From: Chiloscyllium plagiosum
Lineage: Eukaryota
NCBI RefSeq assembly: GCF_004010195.1
Contig: NC_057719.1
Span: forward strand, 27,587,458 to 27,651,457
Direction of reading: 5' to 3'
DNA length: 64,000 nucleotides
Positions 27,480 to 40,469 of this stretch are shown in pieces; the first letter of the stretch is position 1, and each line of letters opens with the position of its first letter. The position numbers and the translations under genes are program-made. Under the pieces are notes generated by a model, which was not told the origin of the DNA, searched no databases, and was given only the letters and a program-made list of their open reading frames with translations.

Positions 27480-29400
27480 GATGGCAAACTGCCAAACTGA
27501 TGATGGTAACATCATTGAACATCAAGGGGAGAAATTTAAGTTCTCTTGTTCAAGACTAGCATTCATTGGCACTTGTGTGTTGCAAATACCACTTGTCACT
27601 TATCAGTGCAAGTTTGAATGTTGTCCAGATCTTGCTGCATGTGGGCGTGGACTATTTCAAAATCGATGATGTTGAAAATGTTACTGAACATCATCTGTGA
27701 CCAACCCAGTTCTGACATTATGTTGGAGGAAGATCATTCAATAAGTAGCTGTAGATGTCTCAGATATTCCCCTAAAAATTATGGGTCTCTGTGGCACAAT
27801 AAGTTGCACTTTAATCAGTAGAAGAACTCCTATGAGCCGGAAGGCCCAGGTTCAAGTCCAACCTGCTCCTGAGGTGTCTCATAAAATGTCTGAAGAGGTC
27901 GATTAGAAAATATCTTCCCTGAAACCTCCTGCAGTTATGTCCTGGTACTGGACTGACAGGCCTCCAATAACCACAATCATCTTCTTTTCAGTAAGGCAAG
28001 ACTCGAATCAGAGAAGGATTCACCCACCCCGCCTGGATTCTAAGGCTCCTTGATGCTATACTCAGTCCAATGCGGCCTTGATGTCAAGGGTAATCACTCT
28101 CACGTCAAAATCTGGAATTTAGCTCTTTTGTTCATGTTTAAACCAACGCTGTAATGAGATCTAGAGCTGGGTGGGTCAAGAAGAAGCGAAGTTGAGTATT
28201 GGTCAGGAAATTATTTGGTGAGAAGATTGCGTTTGGTGACAACTTAAAATAACATATTCCATCACTTTACTGATCATTGAGAGTTGACGGATGGGGTAGT
28301 ATTTGGACAGATTGGATTTGTCCTGTTTTTTGTGGTCAGGACATACAATACCAACAATAATTGCCCAGATAAGTATTACCAGTATTGTAGCTGTACTAGA
28401 ACATTTTACTTAAGTGCTCAGCCAGTTCTGGAGTACGGATCTTCAAATCCATAGCTAAGGTGCTGTATGGCCCATTGCTTTTTATGGCTGCAGAGTCTTC
28501 CACTATTTCTTGATATCCTGCTGATGGAATGGAATGAAATTGGTGGAAGACTGGCACTGGAGATGCTGGATACCGTGGGCAGAGCCCAAGAGGGATAATT
28601 CACTTGGCATTTCTGGCAAAAATGGTTGCCCATGCTTCAGCCCCTTCAGCCTTTCGCTGACCCCTACCATCATTGAGAAGGGGGATGTTTGTGGTGTCCC
28701 CTCCTGGTGTTAGTTATTGAATTGTCAATTACCATTTGTAATTAGATATAACAGGATCACAAAGCCTTGACTTTATGCATTTGTTAAGGAGTTTGTCAAT
28801 TGGATACTGTTTCCACTGAGTGCTAATTTTGTCAAGTTGACCACTCATTTTTAGGTGCACCTGGTTCTGTTCCTGATACACTCTTCTACCTTCCTCATTG
28901 ATACAAGGTTGATCCCACAATTGGATGGTAACAAATAGAGGGCAATATACCACAACATGAGGTTACAGATTGTGGTTGAGTCCAAACCTGCTAATGCTAA
29001 TACCCCATAGTGCTTTATAAATGCCCTATTTTGAAATGCCAGATTTGTTCTTAACCTTTTTTTCAAGTGTGGCAATGCCCTACAACATGATGGAAGCTCT
29101 CTTCAGTTAAATATAGGAGTGGGCCAGATGGGTTTATCATGTTGTTTGTTCTATCCAGCTGCTGCAGATTCAATCTCATGGATATGCAGTTCACAATTCA
29201 GGCAGTTCAATTAGTGGCGATGCAACTGAGCCACTCTGAGAGACAGAGATTGAGCCTTCCAGCTAGAATATATTCTATGCCCTTGCCACCCTCAGTGTTT
29301 CTTGCAAGTGATCTTCAATATGGAGGAGGACTGATCAATCACCTATTGCCTTCCCACAACTGATTAATCATCAGAAGGTTTTCTTGACAATTTTGATTTG
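27480..29400 (-). mobile_element. Old degraded LINE (CR1/L2 group, second family)
   Basis: Nucleotide similarity to 43350-44130 (gccttgatgtcaagggtaatcactctcac vs gcctttacatcgagggcagtcactctcac, which encodes ALDVKATFD on the minus strand). Confidence 0.55.
27783..27913 (+). mobile_element. Short tRNA-like SINE unit (same family as the 59.7-61.4 kb cluster)
   Basis: B box ggttcaagtcc followed by acctgctcctgaggtgt...ggtcgattagaaaatatc. Confidence 0.6.
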
Positions 29401-30724
29401 GTAGCGTGTGACATCGCAAGATGCAGAATAGACGTTCTTCAATTTTGAAAAATAACGAATAGCTAGCACCCCTGAACAACACTGCTAACTGTACCAATAG
29501 CCTCCAGCTCTAAGACAACTGGCATAAATTTTGCTGCAAAAAAAATTATGAATTTCTCATATGTCACCTTAGTTTATAAATCATCTAGCAATTCGATGAG
29601 GAAAAGAATTGCAAATTTTTGGACAATTTGCATCATTCCACCAACAGCCTGACAAAAATGTCATGGCACCCATCAAACGCATACCCTCAAATTTCCTGGA
29701 GTTTCAGAAACTGCACATTGCATATTGATTGCTCATTAAACTCAGTGCATAAAGTTAAGACTGATACTTAATGGCATCAATACCCTCGCAATGACAGGAG
29801 CTATGTTCCTGAAGTGTTACTCAAATTCTCCCAACCAGGAAGAGAATTAAACCGAGAAAAGTCTCATTCCTGCAGATAATAAGTCGTTGTTGGAAAGTTA
29901 ATAAAGTAAATTCTTTATTTTTTATCTTACTGTTTTTGTATCCTTTTTTCTCTTATAACATAATCTTTACTTCTCCCTCTACTTATCTTTCTATACGTGA
30001 TTTTACCATCAATTGTCAGGGTGCTTTTGCCAATCTCGACAGCGATTAGGCATGGAGAATATATTCAGGCCTAGATAATCACATCCATTCCTGCTAACAA
30101 ATAAGCACAAGTAAAATTTGTTGTGCAGATTTGCAACCTAGGTCCATTTTTGCCTATTGTTTGTGATCTTCGGTAAATGTTCGATTATTCAACTAAGAGC
30201 TAACCTAATGCATCCTTGATTGTCTTGTTCAAACCTCCAACTAATGCTTGTGTCATAATGCACATAGAACTGCAACCTGAAAAATGTAGGAACACTTCTG
30301 TTGATTACAAGACAAGAAATTAAGAAAATGAAGAAATAAATCTTTAGTTATTTAAAGCCACAGGCGTCTTCATAAAGTTCAGTGACAGGGGAATCGCATT
30401 GCTCATCAGTTCAATGTTTTTAATAATTACGATGCAATAATCCCTTACCTGTCAACACTTCAACTGGAAAGCTATATTGTGGAATGCTAACACATACACA
30501 TGTTTTTCTCAAATTCTTTTTCGTACTATTTTAAACAGAGGCAATAACAGGTTTAAATTAAACGGTTTAACATCTTTTCTAAAAAGGCTGAGAAAGGAAA
30601 GTCAGATCAAGTAATGCCACAGCTTAATTTCAGATCTTACGTTAATTAAAATCTGTAATTTGTTTGATGTTACACTCTGCCCTTCTGAAGTATTGCTTTA
30701 CTTGCAAGGACCTCAAGAATTTCT

Positions 30725-31578
30725 TTTAATTTGTTGTCAGGATGAAGGCATTGCCAGCCTGGGCTAACATTTATTGCCCATCCCTAATTGTCCTGAGGCC
30801 GGGTATATGAATAGGAAGGGTTTGGAGGGATATGAGCCGGGTTCTGGCAGGTGGGACTAGATTGGGTTGGGATATCTGGTCGGCATGGACAGGTTGGACC
30901 GAAGGGTCTGTTTCCGTGCTGTACATCTCTATGACTCTATAAGAGTCAACCACTGTGCTGTGGATCTGGAGTCACATATAGGTCAGATAAGGCAATTTCC
31001 TTTCTAGAGGACATGAGTGAACCAGATGGGTTTTTCCAACAATTGACAATAGAATCATGCTCATCCAGATTAATTCCAGATTGTTATTGAAATATAATTC
31101 CACCAAACTGCCGTGGCAGGATTCAAACCTGGATCCCCAGATTACCTGGGTCTCTGGATTACCTGGATCCCCAGATTACCTGGGATTACCTGGGTCTCTG
31201 GATTACCTGGATCCCCAGATTACCTGGGTCTCTGGATTACCTGGGTCCCCGGATTACCTGGGTCCCTGGATTACCTGGGTCCCTGGATTACCTGGGTCTC
31301 TGGATTACCTGGGTTTCTGGATTACCTGGGTCCCTGGATTACCTGGGTCCCTGGATTACCTGGGTCTCTGGATTACCTGGGTCCCCGGATTACCTGGGTT
31401 TCTGGATTACCTGGGTCCCTGGATTACCTGGGTCCCCGGATTACCTGGGTCTCTGGATTACCTGGATCCCCAGATTACCTGGGTCTCTGGATTACCTGGG
31501 TCCCTGGATTACCTGGGTCCCCGGATTACCTGGGTCCCCGGATTACCAGTCCAGTGATTCTACCTCTAGGTCATTACC
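30725..31578 (-). mobile_element. tRNA-headed SINE (DeuSINE/SacSINE1-like) carrying a CR1 3' insertion (about 30800-30938) and an internal minisatellite
   Basis: Minus-strand A box tgacctagagg at 31563-31573 and B box ggtttgaatcc at 31119-31129. The body ccatctggttcactcatgtcc...tgtgactccaga...gttgactctta also occurs at 46130-46260. The family name is from recall. Confidence 0.6.
31128..31547 (+). repeat. 17-bp minisatellite (GGATTACCTGGGTC[C/T]C[T/C]), about 25 units
   Basis: 25 GATTAC cores at 17-bp spacing, with one 10-bp short unit. Confidence 0.97.
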
Positions 31579-32518
31579 TCACCAGACGTGAGGAGTTTTG
31601 TGATTTTAGGTCTTAGGGAATGAAATTTCATTCAGATTTTATAGCTTATTCTGAGCAGTAAATTACAGGGAAATACTGTCAGAGATTACCTGACGGAAAA
31701 TTAAAAAGCTGATGACTAAATGTCAGCTAGGTAATGCAAATGGATTCATTCAATTTGGGATCTTAGATATAATAATTTACAGTGTAGAAACTTTTATTTT
31801 TCAGAGACCTGTATTGGCAACAAGTCCTGCACTTTCCACAACATAGAGTGGTGTTGTACTCACCCTGCACTACATTAATATGCAGCCACTGTCCTGTCAA
31901 TTTGAGTTAGAGGACTCCTGTTAAATGAACCAGAAATTCATGGGTCAAAACCCCACTCCTGCACTTGAGTGTTGCATTAATCATTTCGATCTCATCTGAA
32001 AGAAGACCTGCCACCTATTCGAGGATGTGAAGAATCCTGTGATGGCAGTCAAAGAATTGCAGAGGAACGTAATGTAAAATTGGTTGCTGCGAGTGCAGAC
32101 AGGTTTTTACGACAATTGATGATAGCTTCACAGTCACCATCACTGAGATTAGTTTTCAAATCTGGATTTAGTCACTGAACTTAAAGAATACTTTTTGAAC
32201 CTATGTTTTCTCTTTTGCTCTACCACTGAAAGCTGTTGAGGCCAGTTCATTAAACAGGGAGCTGGACACAGTACTTTTGGCCAAAGGGATCATGGGGTAT
32301 GGAGAGAAAGCAGAAGTGCAATACTGAGATTGCATGATCAGCCCTGAGCATATTGAATGGTGCTGCAAGCTCAAAGGGCCAAATGGCCTACTCCTGCACC
32401 AATTTTCTATGTTTCTGGACCGCCAGATTCGCTACGACCATACAACCACCTCTCAAAGGTAAAGAGATGGAAGTTCTCTCTCTGAAGGGTAAGTTCAGAA
32501 CAGGGGAGCATAATCTTG

Positions 32519-32645
32519 TAACCATGATTTGGAGGAGCCGGTGTTGGACTGGGATGGACAAAGTTAAAAATCAGGTTATATTCCAACAGGTTTATTTGGA
32601 AGCACTAGCTTTCGAAGCGCTGCTCCTTCATCAGGTGGTTGTGAA
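32519..32645 (-). mobile_element. Terminal fragment of a second Penelope-type family with an intact minimal hammerhead motif
   Basis: Minus strand cacCTGATGAaGGAGCagcGCTTCGAAAGCTAgtg. The Penelope assignment is inferred from the motif architecture. Confidence 0.6.
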
Positions 32646-33636
32646 GAAGACTCTCTTCTTCAGGTAAACAATGGGAATCTGCAGCTCCTCCTCCAAAGCT
32701 TTTGGGGCTGGGTGAATTGAAAAACTCAGTCAATATTTACAAGCAGCAAGCCTGGTGGATGGAGTTAAAAAAACAAGTCAGCTACGGTCCATCTGAATGT
32801 CAGAACAGGCTCGAGAGACTGAATAACCTACTCCTGTTCCAATCCTTCTACAAATAGTGCCTTCCTCCTTTGTTTTAAAACTGGTGAGAATGCAGGTTAT
32901 AAATGTACACAATATTCGAGAAGCAAAGACAGAGACCCTGAGGATGTGGAGGAAGGAAATGATTTTTGTCAGGATACGCAGGAAGATGAGGAACCACAAC
33001 ATTCTCTTCCCCTAATGAGAAATCCAGGGCCCTAATCAGTTTTGATGGCGTGGGCAGCTGTCTGTTGATTGTTTTAAGTTGCTGGCTCAGGGACTATCAA
33101 AAAGAGAAACAAAATAAGTGAAACTATAATAGGATATTGGACAACTTAAATAAAAACTTTTCTACTAGAAATTGGATAATGTAAAATCAATTTACCTTAG
33201 GCAAAGATTATTCAGTGGGCATTATTAAAATACATTACAAACAGAATAAGGTGATGCAGCTTTAAGTAATTCTCAGAGAATAGAAAATAATTGAAATGTC
33301 AAACAAAACACCGTCATAGGACTCTACAAGGTCATCTCTTCTTATTTTTGTCACTGCGCCAAAATATATTTTATTAGCTTAATTACTAAATGCTAGCTGC
33401 AGAATGCAGATTTCAAAATCTGCTTTGATGATGCTAATTTTAACTGCTAAAGTCCTTTTCCACTAATAAAGCAACCACTGCGAATGGGAAGATGCGATCA
33501 GAAATGGGAGATTGAAGTATCTTTTTAATTCTACTTCAGTTTCTGTCTAGTTTTCATCTCCACTTCTATGGCCCTCCATCAGTAGCAATAAATGCAACAT
33601 CTAAATTTGGTTAAGTCCTACCAGCTCTTTCATTCA

Positions 33637-34050
33637 TAGAGTCATAGAGATGTACAGCACGGAAACAGACCCTTCGGTCCAACTTGTCCATGTCGACCAG
33701 ATAATCTCAACTAATCTAGTCCCATTTGCCAGCACCTGGCCCATATCCCTCTGTACCCTGCCTGTTCATATACCCATCCAGATGCCTTTCAAATGCTGTA
33801 ATTGTACCAGCCTCCAACACTTCCTCTGGCAGCTCATTCCATACATGCACCACCCTCTGTGTGAAAAGATTGCCCCTTATTTGCTTTTATATCTTTCCCT
33901 TCTCACCCTAAACCTATGCCCTCTAGTTTTGGACTACCCCACCCCAGGGAAAAAAAATTCTGTTTATCCTATCCATGCCCCTCATGATTTTATAAATCTC
34001 GATAAGGTCACCCTTCAGCCTCTGATGTTCCAGGGAAAACAGCCCCAGCT
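33637..34050 (-). mobile_element. CR1 3' fragment
   Basis: ORF 33923 LGLFSLEHQRLKGDLIEIYKIMRG. Confidence 0.85.
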
Positions 34051-34949
34051 GTTTGAGGGTTTGGAATTCCTTCCCCACCTCCGCCCTGCTCCCAGAGAAT
34101 TGCATGGGCTGAGTCATTAGTACAAATACTTATTGAAGTAGCATAGGCATGAGTTGCACATCAGGGCTGTGCAAAATTCCCATGCCACTGACTCAATCGG
34201 AATTGTCAGAAAATTGAAAGTTCAATGAGCAGCTGGCACCCTGCATTCAAAAAAACCCTTAAAGCCACAAACTTCAGAGGATTCTGATTCAGTTAAGCTT
34301 AATATAGTTACCCAAGAAAACGTCAGAAGATTAAAGACTCATTCTAACTCATACTAACATATGAATTAAGAAATTAGGAGCAAAGGTTGGCTACTTGAGC
34401 CCTTGAGCATCGTTCACAATGGACCTTGATTGATCTGTTTGTGTTCTAAATTCCACATTCCCATCTACCCTCAATAACCTTCGATTCCTTGCCTTGCAAG
34501 AACCTGCTCAACTCCACCTTTAAAATATTCAATGAACTGCCTTCTGGGGCAGAGAGTTCCAATGTGCACAACACTCAGAAATATTTTCCCTCATCTCTGT
34601 CCTAAAAGGGTGACCCCTAATTTTAAATTCAGAGCTTCGTTCTAGATGAGACCCATAAGAGGAAACATTCTTCTCACATCTACCTTGTCCCAGGCATTCA
34701 AGATCCTACAAATTTCCAAATTATTCACCTGTTACTCTTCTAAACTCTAGTGAAAACAAACCCAGTCTACATAATTTTTCCTCATAAGACAAGTAAATTC
34801 CTGAAATTGTGGAAATATTTTCGTAGCATCAGCTCCAAGCAAAGAGTTTATGTAGAGCTTTTTTTTAAAAAAACATACCCTTATCCTCTAAACCTCCAAC
34901 GTAAATCAGTCATTTCTCAATTCCTGGAGATCTTGTTTTCTTTGCATTA

Positions 34950-35133
34950 CAGTCAGTTCTGTTATAACAGTTATTCCATTCTCATGCACCCTCATTTTTT
35001 AAGAAAATCGCATAACAGCATTATAACCAAAACATGCTTTAAAAGTTTGCGCTTTAGAAACAGTGTCCCCAATTCATCAATTGTGTCATAGCAAATTCAC
35101 ATTAACGAAACGTGCGTTATAGCAGAACCACCT
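34950..35133. mobile_element. Tc1/mariner-pogo type MITE
   Basis: TA|cagtcagttctgttataac ... gttatagcagaaccacct|TA imperfect TIRs. Confidence 0.6.
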
Positions 35134-35288
35134 TACTCTTTCTGAAAGCAAATGTATTAATAAGGTTACTTTCAACTTTCTGATGACAAGTGATCACGCA
35201 GCAGAATTCATTCAGCGCTTTGTTTCAGTGCTTTGCTACCAAACTGCAGAGTATCTCTCGCACTTACTATTTTAAATTTAAATGGATA

Positions 35289-36370
35289 CAGATGGTTTTG
35301 CTATAACGTGTGTTTCGTTAATGCGAGTGCACTCACTGTTTCTAAAGTGTAAACTTTTAAAGCGTGTATTGGTTAACAGTGATTCTGGCCCCATTAGTTG
35401 AAATGAATAGAAGAACTAGGAGCAGGAGGGGTATCTGGGCCTTGGAGCCTGTGCCACCATTCAATAAGATCATGGCTGATCTTTTCGTGGACTCAGCTCC
35501 ACTTACCCGCCTGTAATTGTATCCCTTAATTCCTTTACTGTTCAAAAAAATCAAAAACGTTTACTCACGTAGCATCAAGCACTTCACTGGGCAGGGAATT
35601 CCATAGATTTACAACTCTCTGGGTGAAGAAGTTCCTTCTCAATTCAGTCCTAAATCTGCTTCCCCTAATTTTGTCCTAGTTTGACTCGCCTATGGAAACA
35701 TTCCTCTCTACTATTCCCTTTATAATTTTAAATGTTTCTATAATATTCCCCTCCCCCATTCTTCTAAATTCCAATGAATCTAATCCCAGTCTACTTAGCC
35801 TATCCAGAGTTGAGGTGGTTGGCTTATGAGGAATCAACCTAGTGAACCTCCTCTGTACCCCCTCCACTCTCAGAACATCTTTTCTCAAGTAAGGAAGCCA
35901 AAAATGCACACAGTACTCCTGGTGTGGCCTCAGTAGCACCCTGTACAACTGCAACAGAACCTCCCTGCTTTTAAACTTAGTCCCTTTAGCAAGGACAAAA
36001 CTCCATTTGCCTTCCAAATTACCTGTTGTACCTGCAGACTAGCCTTCTGTGATTCATGCATAAGGACACCCAGGTCCCTCTGCAAGCAGCATGCTGCAAC
36101 TTTCTTTCATTCAAGTAATAATCCTTTTTACCGCTACTCCTTCCAAAATGGGTGACTTCACATTCATTAATATTATAGTTCATCTGTCAGACCTTTGCCC
36201 ACTCACTTAAAGTATCTATGTTTCTCTGCAAAGTTTCATAGTCCTCTACATACTTTGCTCTGACACACTACACGCGGTCCTCAACTCTAAATAGTACTGC
36301 TGTTACGCAACTTTCTTGTAACACAGGGTTGCACAAGAATGGAACTACTGTGTTACAGCAGAACCAACTG
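35289..36370. mobile_element. Second copy of the same MITE, inverted and split by a CR1 fragment (about 35407-36265, minus strand)
   Basis: TA|cagatggttttgctataac ... gttacagcagaaccaactg|TA. The internal sequence is the reverse complement of 35038-35130. CR1 ORF 35676-36017 lies inside. Confidence 0.65.
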
Positions 36371-36650
36371 TATTGAATGGGATCATCTTTTTCATATTTC
36401 TCACAATTGTTTAATTTGAAGAATGCCCTTTATAATAGAATCCTGAATAATGTTTAGTATTCAATGATATTTTGTTCTCTGGAACATTATTGTTACAACA
36501 CAGCTTTTAGTCCAAACACACTGTTGCTTCTGCTTTTGAGCACCCAACTTTTATACCGAGAAAATGTTTTCTTGAAATTTGTTCGCAATCAATTATTGGT
36601 TTTCTATTAATGATTCCCCTCAATCAGCCTTCAATTTTACATATTAGCCC

Positions 36651-37974
36651 TCTAGTAATTCTAACAAGGTCAGCCAGGCGGACCTCATAGAATATGAGTT
36701 TCCTGAATAAGGCTGTTAATCTGATCCAATCAGGGAGCCCTGGCTGATTATACATAAACAGGAGTGGCAGAGGTTCTGCTGGGTAAATGCTGTACTCGGT
36801 TTTATATTCTAAGTCATTGTGGATGCCCATTCAAAGAGGTGCATAGAGTTCATTCAACAAACACAGAGATGAGAATAGAAAAACTGCGAGCATACTTTGC
36901 AATACAGGGGGCCCGAGGAGCGTTTGTCACAGACAGCAGGCCACCATGTACCAGCTATGAATTTGAGTATTTCCTAAAGTTGAATGGAATTCGGTATGTG
37001 AGGATGGCTCCAAACCATCCATCATCCAATGGTCTTGCAGCATGAAGAGTCCAAACATTGAAAGCCATCTTAAAGAAACAGCCTACAGCTTCACTCTATA
37101 TCAAATCATCCCAGTTCCTAATTGATTATTGAGCTACCTGTCATGCAACTACAGGGATAGTTCCAGTAGAGTTGGTCATGGGAAGAAAACTCTCCACCAG
37201 GTTAAATCTGATGCTCCCACCTGGAAGGAGGGGGTGAAATGGTATCAGGAACATCAATGTCAGGCATAGGACTCCACAAGGAAGAGAGGCGGTTAACAAA
37301 AGGGAAGAAAGTTTGGTGACAAAGCCATAGAAATGGTCAACACAAGGTCAACTTCCATGCTGTACAAAGTTCAGGTAGGTGAGGTAGCCCTGAACACGCG
37401 CATGGACCACATGAAAGCTGCAAACACATGAACGAGGCAGGAGGAAACCATACCAAGTCCCTCAGAACAGCCAGCAAGGCTATCAGAACCCGTGGGTTCT
37501 TTTCCTCCGTCGAACATTGAAGAAAGCTCAGAATCTGAGATGGAAACTATGGATGTTGCAGTCTTGAAGTTTTTACCGGTGGAAGAAAATGAATTTCTTC
37601 CAAGCCGCTTGGAGTGCAAAAGACAGGCTATGGTCAGGTACAGACCACTCATATCTGAAGCTGAGTTGGAGGAAGTGGACCTGATGCGAAAATGCTCCAA
37701 GAGAGACTACAAGATAAAGAACAGGCCTATGCCCCATGCCTTACATAGGGAGGGATGTGCTGATTGTAACAAGGTCAGCCAAGTGGACCTGATTGAAGGG
37801 GAGTTCCATGATTGGGGCTGTTAACCTGGTCCAAATCAGGGACCCCTGGCTGACAGATATAAACAGGAGTGTCAGAGATCCTGCTCACTCTGAGAGCTGG
37901 CTCTGAGGGAGCTGGATCAACACAAATAAAGGGTGACTTGATGATAGGAGACTGGCCTCTGTGGAGTTATTTCA
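36651..37974 (+). mobile_element. Internally deleted Gypsy/Ty3 LTR retrotransposon (partial 5' LTR, integrase remnant, PPT, 3' LTR)
   Basis: LTR-like direct repeats at 36651-36780 and 37756-37974 (TG...CA, TATAAA, AATAAA). PPT agggaggga precedes 37756. Integrase motif FLKLNGIRYVRMAPNHPSSNGLA. Flanks are AGCCC and ACCCC. Confidence 0.85.
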
Positions 37975-38379
37975 ACCCCCATCTCATTAATACTCATCCA
38001 TCACTAGGAGTTTGTTCCATTACAAACCTCTCTCAGTGCTTCCTTTCCTCATCTGCTATATACAGCATTACAGTTAAAAAGTCATAACGTATTGGTGAAG
38101 ATCTAGACATTTTCATTGTGTAAGATTTTTTTCCACATTTGTTGGGTTGGTAAATGTTACCAGACTAGATGTTTCAAGTATATTGTGATACCAGAGATCC
38201 CTGTTTAATACTTTGCTATGTTGAGGTCGTACATCACCAAAAGGGATGTTTGGACACCCCTTATTAAACATGCCAATGCAAGTGGTCATCATACTACATC
38301 TTCCCAATTGGGCAGCTAAGATCATTCATTCCATCAGAAGGAGAACTCTGCACTTGTTAACTGACGCTTCTCTCCAACA

Positions 38380-38706
38380 TCATAGAATCCCAACAGTGTG
38401 GAAGGAGGCCATTTGGCCCTCAAGTTCACACAAACTCACCCAGACCCACTCCATCCCTATAACCCTGCATTTCCCATGGCTAATCCATCTAGCCCACACA
38501 TCCCTGGACACAGTGGGCAATTTAGCATGGCCCAATGACCCAACCGGCACATCTTTGGACTGCCGGAGGAAACTGGTGTACCCGGAGAAAACCCACACAG
38601 ACACGAGGAGAAAGTGCAAACTCCACACAGTCGCCCAAGACTGGAATCAAACCTGGGTCCCTTGCGTTGTGAGTCAGCAGTGCTAACCACTGAACTACCA
38701 TGCTAC
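38380..38706 (-). mobile_element. HE1-like V-SINE
   Basis: Minus strand gcatggtagttcagtggttagcactgctgactcac... tRNA head and V-domain. Confidence 0.85.
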
Positions 38707-40469
38707 CCAATTCTGTTCATGCCAAGTAGGTCAGCAATAATGTGTTGCAAAAGCCCCAGTGTAACTTACTTGCCTCAGAGTAGCCCCATTTTAAATATAA
38801 TTTCAAAGGCTTTTTGTTTAAATTCACACCACAGTGACTGTCACTATGTAGTTGAGCACCACATTGCAATGTGATATATTAAAGACAAAATGACAGCGTT
38901 ACATACAAGGTGTCTCACATTACATTCTTCAAGCTTTACAAGGATACGAGCTCCCCTGTTCACACTCAAGTATTCTACAATGTCAGAGAGCTCACGGGAA
39001 GTTAAGATTTCCCTGAAACTCATGACAGCAATAATTGTGAGAGAACTACATACCTCTCGTCAGCAGATACTATCTCCCTGTACTTTGACACATCGATGTA
39101 AAACTAGCTCAAAAAATCTGATACAAACACAACTTTAATGTGCAGTTTCCCTATCTGCCTCACATGTTCGGGAAATTAATGCATTAGGAAACTCGCATGA
39201 ACAGCACGCCTTTAGGAGGCAGCTGGGCATGTTCTCCTGAAATTACCTTTTCGAAAAACAAAGCCACGCCTCAAGTGATTTGCATTCCAACCAATTCTTC
39301 GAGCCAAATGCTTGAGCAGAGTTTGAGCTTCTTGGGGTTTATAAAATTATAAGAATTTCTGCAATTAGGGAGTGAGAGTAAATACCAGGCCTGGTCCAGA
39401 GGCATCCAAATCCCAAGGAATAAGTATTGATCTGCAACTGATTATCCTTGATGACATAACCCTATTATTACTGGTAATGCTTTTGGACTGTCAAATGACT
39501 CATGACTACCAAAAAAGGATTGCAAATCCCATGAGCCTGAAGCCATTAACATTGAAGTTTAGAGACAATAAAAATGTCGGCTTGGGATTGGAGATTTAAG
39601 AACGAAACAAAGTTTCTTTCATAGTTAACACATCAAGAGGATACACAAAAAATTTCTTATCTGTCATAATTGTAAAAAAAAAAGTCCTTTCTGGATGATG
39701 CATTAATCGTTTTGGATGAAACACGAGACTGAGCAACACACGTCATGCTTCAAGATATCTTCATGAAGGTTCATCAGAAGGCAGAAAGTCAATTAATATT
39801 TGCCAACACTCAACAATAACACAAGCCTGAGAAATAACTCTCTTTTTTGGGACCATGTAAAACAACATTATGGAAAAGTCAGCAGCTACTGATTCAATGG
39901 AGCAAAACAGTAAGCTTATTCAGGTAGTTTCAGCACTGATTGCCTTCGTCATATCCAACTCCCAACTGAAACTGCCTAAGGCGTGTTTCCAGGCCGACAA
40001 GTTTCAAGTCCTACCTGAAAGTAACCTTGACAGTCAGCATACCGACATCTTTCTTTCAGCCACAGGGAATTGCACAGGAAACAAAGAAACCATGGAAAAT
40101 CTGGTTTTCCCCTCACCCTTTTGGGATTTTTACTTTTACTTCAGTAAGAGAAGACTTGTGGAGAATAGCCTTCCTCCTTTGAGCACAACTTCCTGAAACT
40201 TTAGGTGTGGTTTGATTCATTGTGGGCTGTATTTACTCACAGAACAATGAGGATGTTTGCAAAGGAGCCCAGATCACAAAACCACAATCTTCTGATTTCA
40301 AACAGATAAAATTACAGCCAGACTGATTGCTTTACAGATTTTATACTAAAATTGAAGTACATTTGATGAAAATTCATGAGCTTTACAGAACTCTAAATGT
40401 TGTTTTTAAATCAATTTACTCCTGTAGAAAACTTGAAATACAACTATGTTGTAGCCCCAAAACAATCAT

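Noticed and set aside
30440..30460. Strong minus-strand donor CAG|gtaagg as an upstream synaptotagmin exon (similar site near 22875)
   Set aside because: No supportable acceptor, start codon or homology; such motifs occur by chance in 64 kb
31128..31547. CRISPR-like array
   Set aside because: Units are contiguous with no unique spacers, the context is eukaryotic and there are no cas genes. The same applies to 60779-60903.
31057..31616. 166- and 167-aa ORFs with GLPGS/ITWV repeats that look collagen-like
   Set aside because: Translation artefact of a stop-free 17-bp minisatellite; not Gly-X-Y periodic and no splice context
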